This document shows positions 26,491 to 30,325 of a stretch of 30,325 nucleotides of DNA, one piece after another. Under the pieces are notes generated by a model. It worked only from the letters and a program-made list of their open reading frames with translations. It searched no databases and was not told the origin of the DNA. Numbering within the stretch: position 1 is the stretch's first letter; every line of letters begins with the position of its first letter. Source of the DNA: a virus. Its lineage: Duplodnaviria; Caudoviricetes. Position numbers and translations under genes: made by a program. Location of the stretch: the IMG/VR virus record IMGVR_UViG_3300030332_000935, positions 1 through 30,325 of that record. One strand, given 5' to 3'.

Positions 26491-26754
26491 CTACTGCTCG
26501 GACATATTAGCAGGAGGAACTGGGGGGGAGAGATTTTTTCCGACGGCGTGTGCAGGCTCTTCGTTCGACTCTTCTTCTCTTCTTGTGCTCTCCCCCCCGT
26601 TCACAGTTTCATTCCAAAAGAAATCGTGGACCTTGTCCATCTTCTCCTTTTGTGTCTGAAGATAGTCTCTCCAGAGGGGTTTTCTAAGCGCTTTCTTGTA
26701 GCCTTCGACCTGTGCATCCCAGTATTCCCAGTCGATATCCCATTCCCTGGTCAC
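26491..26754 (-). CDS. Hypothetical protein; last gene of the converging minus-strand unit
   Basis: GTG start after GAGGAAGAGGA. Confidence 0.6.
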   Translation of the reverse strand: MTREWDIDWEYWDAQVEGYKKALRKPLWRDYLQTQKEKMDKVHDFFWNETVNGGESTRREEESNEEPAHAVGKNLSPPVPPANMSEQ

Positions 26755-26763
26755 TCCTCTTCC

Positions 26764-26877
26764 TCACACTCGGTAATCGTTCAATAGATAGATGATGAAT
26801 GCTGCCTTTGATTCAGGCGGCCACCCTTCAAGATTGAATGTGCGGTTGATATTGCGATGCTGTCTAACACCCAGCAT
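26764..26877 (-). CDS. Hypothetical micropeptide (37 aa)
   Basis: MLGVRQHRNI…YLLNDYRV*, preceded by GAGGAAGAGGA. Confidence 0.45.
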   Translation of the reverse strand: MLGVRQHRNINRTFNLEGWPPESKAAFIIYLLNDYRV

Positions 26878-27075
26878 ACTTATTCCTCTTCCTCGCAGCA
26901 GCGTATCACAAACGCAGACGACCCCATGCCCTTAAACCACGGATAACCTGCAAGATTGAAGAGACCCATTGGAACAACAAGTGGTGTAGTTTCCACACCT
27001 ACTTGGAGTTTTGGTGAGTTTGCTCACACCTAGGTCCAAAGAGTAGTATTCTCACCGTTCTCAGGTATCACTGTG

Positions 27076-27174
27076 TCATTCATTGTTCTTCACCCCTGTG
27101 TCACCCTTCTTCTTGGGCTTGGCACCAATGGAGATGACCATTATCATACCATGCTTGTGCTTGTGCTTGGACAT
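27076..27174 (-). CDS. Basic micropeptide (32 aa)
   Basis: MSKHKHKHGMIMVISIGAKPKKKG…; starts 1 nt after the upstream stop. Confidence 0.55.
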   Translation of the reverse strand: MSKHKHKHGMIMVISIGAKPKKKGDTGVKNNE

Positions 27175-27175
27175 A

Positions 27176-27337
27176 CTATCGCCTCGCCTTCTGCCAGAGT
27201 GATAGGCACTCAGGACACTCCCAAATAAGGATTCTCTCTGACCTGTCGTTGACATAGCGTCCTTCGATACGCTTCGCTAGTACGAACTCGCCACAGCCAG
27301 GACACTCCTGACTCAGTCGTTGTACTAGTTCCCCCAT
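27176..27337 (-). CDS. Zinc-ribbon protein (53 aa, not in track)
   Basis: MGELVQRLSQECPGCG…LIWECPECLSLW; TGATG overlap. Confidence 0.75.
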   Translation of the reverse strand: MGELVQRLSQECPGCGEFVLAKRIEGRYVNDRSERILIWECPECLSLWQKARR

Positions 27338-27642
27338 CAACAATCAGTTCCATCCGTAAAGCCATCTTGCTCCTTCAAGTGGAGATAACATTGCTTGATG
27401 ATGTTGTACTGCTTCTTGGTGCCACCATTATCCATCTCAAACTTGCCATTGAATCCACCAATAGGAGAGGCACCATCTGCATAAGCATCATCGGTAGCAT
27501 ATATCTTACCGTTGTAGTGTACATCGAAGGTAACAACACCCTCTTCATCTACTTCCTTGTTCACTCTAGCATCTTTGACGATGCAGTGTGCGTATTCACA
27601 GGTTATTCCGTAGTGTGTCTCGTATTCTATTCTCAGTGCCAT
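27337..27642 (-). CDS. Tail-fibre-associated small protein
   Basis: MAL…YGI….A…I…QCYLHLK…F.DGTDC pattern, typical of ORFs following phage tail fibres. Confidence 0.65.
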   Translation of the reverse strand: MALRIEYETHYGITCEYAHCIVKDARVNKEVDEEGVVTFDVHYNGKIYATDDAYADGASPIGGFNGKFEMDNGGTKKQYNIIKQCYLHLKEQDGFTDGTDC

Positions 27643-27695
27643 TATATCATCCATTCCAGTTTGGTTGGAAAATTATCTGCTGTATCATAACAAGG

Positions 27696-27959
27696 TCACT
27701 CCATGAAACTAGGTTTAACAGGACAGTTAGCGATTGCCTCATCTACAGTCGAATAGGCCGTAGTCCAATCTCTAAGTTCTTGTCTGTATGTAGTGAGCGT
27801 AGTTATCTGTTCATTGGTTAATCCTCTATCAGATAGCATCCATGAATCACTTTCAAATAGCGCGATATTTCGGTCAGCACGAATAGCATCCCAATTATCA
27901 TCTATTGTTATTTCTTCCTTTAATGTTCCATCAGAATTAAACACCTGTATTGTCGTCAT
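27696..27959 (-). CDS. Tail fibre assembly chaperone
   Basis: WDAIRADRN..L..SD.W…YRQELRD motif. Confidence 0.8.
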   Translation of the reverse strand: MTTIQVFNSDGTLKEEITIDDNWDAIRADRNIALFESDSWMLSDRGLTNEQITTLTTYRQELRDWTTAYSTVDEAIANCPVKPSFME

Positions 27960-27964
27960 GCTAA

Positions 27965-30325
27965 TCAGTAATTCCCGCTTGAGGAAGCGAATCCAAAATG
28001 AACCTTTGGTAGATAGTTGCTATCCCTTCTAGTTAATCCATTTGCTGTGCCACCTGACCCGTTATCCATTCCATTACTAGGTAAGTTATTGGCAGTAGTT
28101 TGTCCATTATATCCGCATTGTGCAGGGGTATTCAAGTTGCCACTACTATCAGCCATAGGAAGGAAGCAACCTGAACCCATTGTGTTAGTGCCTTGCGCTC
28201 TAATCGTGGCATAGTTGCTATCTGCCCATACGAATCCCATGAAGTAATGCTTACTAGGGTCTAAGGTGGTAGATGCAGACCATTGAACCACTTTATTACC
28301 ATTTGATGAGCAATCAATTGTTCCACTACATAGAAGCGTATCAGGATAATACCCACCACTATATGTTGATTGTTGTGCCGAGTAGATACCAAGTTTTAGT
28401 GATGCTCCGGCTGTAGAACTGCTAACATATACTCCACCATACTGTGTATCGCCTCCTTGATAAGACCACATAGGAATGAAATGAACTTGAGTCCAACCAC
28501 TAAAATTGTTTGTAGAAGAACCTCTAGCATGCATGTTTGGTTGAATCCAAACATAGTTAGATGAACTGCCAACACTAGTGCCATACACTTGCCCCCACAT
28601 ATCGTAGATTGATTGTGGTGTTCCAGCGGCTACAGTTTGTTGTGACCCATCACTAAACTTAATCCCACTAGAAGGAAGAACAGGTTGGACAGCGAATGTA
28701 ACCTTGTCATCCTCAAAGGTAGCCGCAGTAACATCATTAGCCCCTGCACTTGATGTGTTGGCTTGGATGATAACCTTCCCATTAGCAGCCCTGTTGTGGA
28801 TGTAGAGGTCATCGCTGTTAATGGACATGAAATTTCTGAAAGTTCCTGCTTCATCACGGAACTGCATGATATGTTCTGTTGAACCACCTGCGGTATTGAG
28901 AGAGAATTGAAGGTGGCCTCCTTCTCTTATGGCAAGATACTCTGATTCATCATCATCATAGAAGATGAATCCGCCTGTTCCATTCTCTTTGAACTTCACA
29001 TCTCCATTACTTGTGCTGGTAGTGATGTAATTATCTACCATATCTAAATTCCCATCAGGCAATTTAACATTCCCATTTGAATCACCTGTAATCCAAACAG
29101 GAGTTCCATCTCCTGATGATATGGATAATTGGTCAGAAGATGCGGCGGTTACAGTGGCCGCACCTATGACCACATTGTTGGACCCGCTAGTTATTCCACC
29201 ACCGGCGGAGTATCCGAGAGCGATGTTTTTGTCTCCTGTGGTTGTGCCGTTTTTATTGCCCGTTTCATGGCCTATCCAAGTATTGTAAGTCCCATTATCT
29301 CCCCTTCCGGCTTTGTATCCTACACCAACAGAATAAGTTGGGCTTCCCGTATAGAGTGCATAACTCCCTATTGCTATGTTGTAAGAGGTGTCCACAGCAC
29401 TACTCAAAGTTCGGTATCCTATCCCCACATTATGAGAAGCAACCTGTATATCTTCACCACATCTTGAACCGATAAACACACTCCGGGTTCCGGCTTTTTC
29501 ATTGGCTCCACTGTCTTGTCTTCCAATCATAACAATATCATCACCACTTGAAATATTCCAAGTTGAGGCGTGTCCGATAATTACATTCCCTTCACCGGAG
29601 GTCAAACCATAACCAGCGTAGTTTCCGAGTGCGATGTTCTTCTCTCCACCATTAATAGCACCACCGAGGGCAGAAATACCTATTGCGATGTTGTCATCTT
29701 CATCATCTATTGCATCACCAGCATTTTTCCCAATGGCGATATTACGATTACCACTTGTTAGCATTCCCAATGTGTAGTTTCCTAAACCGAGATTGTCTAC
29801 TCCACTAACACCAGCACTTGTTGAAGAACCATCACCAAACATTGACTGATGGCCGATAGCCATATTGTCGCTGTACACCGACCCATTCGGATAGCCTTTA
29901 ATTGTCTGATAACCAATTGAAATGTTCCTTGAGCCTGTGGTTTGCATCATTTGTGAACTTTCACCTATACCGATGTTTGTTGCACCGCTAGTCATATTTT
30001 GTAAGGCAGATTTACCTATCGCTATACTTGAATTAGAAGTCACAGCGGCTTGCATAGCATTGTTTCCAATTGCGATATGACTGTTCCCACTACCAGCCTG
30101 ATATAATGCTCTATACCCAAGTGCAACATTGTTTCCTCCGGTATGAAGTTGATGAGCCTGATAGCCAACGGCTGTGCTATATCCTGAATCAACAATAGCA
30201 CTACCCGCCTCCATTCCAATGAAGGTACATCCAGTGCTTTGTGTAAGAGCATCACCAGCATATGCTCCAATAAGGGTGTTTTCAGCAGCCACCCCTTGAA
30301 GCAGAAGTCCAGCATCTTTACCTAC
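27965..30325 (-). CDS. Tail fibre/adhesin with N-x-A-I-G (YadA head-like) repeats, 5'-truncated
   Basis: Many ~14-aa NIAIG..A/S repeats; G/S/N-rich; frame stays open to the window end (VGKDAGLLLQGVAAEN…); followed by chaperone genes. Confidence 0.85.
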   Translation of the reverse strand, partial: VGKDAGLLLQGVAAENTLIGAYAGDALTQSTGCTFIGMEAGSAIVDSGYSTAVGYQAHQLHTGGNNVALGYRALYQAGSGNSHIAIGNNAMQAAVTSNSSIAIGKSALQNMTSGATNIGIGESSQMMQTTGSRNISIGYQTIKGYPNGSVYSDNMAIGHQSMFGDGSSTSAGVSGVDNLGLGNYTLGMLTSGNRNIAIGKNAGDAIDDEDDNIAIGISALGGAINGGEKNIALGNYAGYGLTSGEGNVIIGHASTWNISSGDDIVMIGRQDSGANEKAGTRSVFIGSRCGEDIQVASHNVGIGYRTLSSAVDTSYNIAIGSYALYTGSPTYSVGVGYKAGRGDNGTYNTWIGHETGNKNGTTTGDKNIALGYSAGGGITSGSNNVVIGAATVTAASSDQLSISSGDGTPVWITGDSNGNVKLPDGNLDMVDNYITTSTSNGDVKFKENGTGGFIFYDDDESEYLAIREGGHLQFSLNTAGGSTEHIMQFRDEAGTFRNFMSINSDDLYIHNRAANGKVIIQANTSSAGANDVTAATFEDDKVTFAVQPVLPSSGIKFSDGSQQTVAAGTPQSIYDMWGQVYGTSVGSSSNYVWIQPNMHARGSSTNNFSGWTQVHFIPMWSYQGGDTQYGGVYVSSSTAGASLKLGIYSAQQSTYSGGYYPDTLLCSGTIDCSSNGNKVVQWSASTTLDPSKHYFMGFVWADSNYATIRAQGTNTMGSGCFLPMADSSGNLNTPAQCGYNGQTTANNLPSNGMDNGSGGTANGLTRRDSNYLPKVHFGFASSSGNY

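Larger units (their letters stand above)
1..30325. mobile_element. Archaeal Caudoviricetes genome fragment, probable Marine Group II (Poseidoniales) virus (magrovirus-like)
   Basis: PolB, PCNA-like, RFC, AEP, MCM-like and ERCC4 genes plus a thermosome are clustered next to tail-fibre genes. Small overlapping ORFs are dense and there are no housekeeping operons. Confidence 0.85.

Noticed and set aside
26419-26540. T-tracts as terminators at the convergence point
   Set aside because: They are short and lie within ORFs, so they cannot be distinguished from chance.
27076-27255. 59-aa minus-strand ORF starting at 27255
   Set aside because: Its first half overlaps the better-supported zinc-ribbon gene, so ATG 27174 is preferred.
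1-30325. Cellular archaeal chromosome or integrated provirus; tRNA/rRNA genes
   Set aside because: No housekeeping context, integrase or att site was seen, and no cloverleaf or rRNA-like sequence was recognised.

Overview
The window looks like a fragment of a tailed archaeal dsDNA virus, most consistent with a 'magrovirus' infecting Marine Group II Euryarchaeota (Poseidoniales). This is inferred from the archaeal-type replication genes, the group II chaperonin and a DUF3860-like winged-helix protein. There are three zones. (1) ~1-10750 (+ strand) is a tightly coupled train of about 30 genes, mostly small and acidic or Cys-rich, joined by ATGA/TGATG overlaps and a recurring GAGGAAGAGGAATGA junction. 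It includes three tandem constant/variable paralogues, an SNF2/HARP-like helicase and a short C5 cytosine methyltransferase. (2) ~10770-26480 (+ strand) is a near-complete replication/recombination module. It encodes an apparently inactivated ATP-dependent ligase, a degenerate LAGLIDADG protein, RFC small subunit, a putative SSB, a RecA/RadA-like ATPase, a PCNA-like clamp and PolB. These are followed by a PIP-box micropeptide, a MazG-like protein, a Cas4-like nuclease, a fused primase, an ERCC4 nuclease, an MCM-like helicase, a DEDD exonuclease and a thermosome. (3) ~26490-30325 (- strand, converging on zone 2) is the end of a structural module: a tail fibre running off the window, tail-assembly chaperones and small ORFs. 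I found no tRNA, rRNA, CRISPR array, integrase or transposase. GATC and AGCT were absent from every stretch I scanned by eye. All calls come from reading motifs by eye; no database searches were run.
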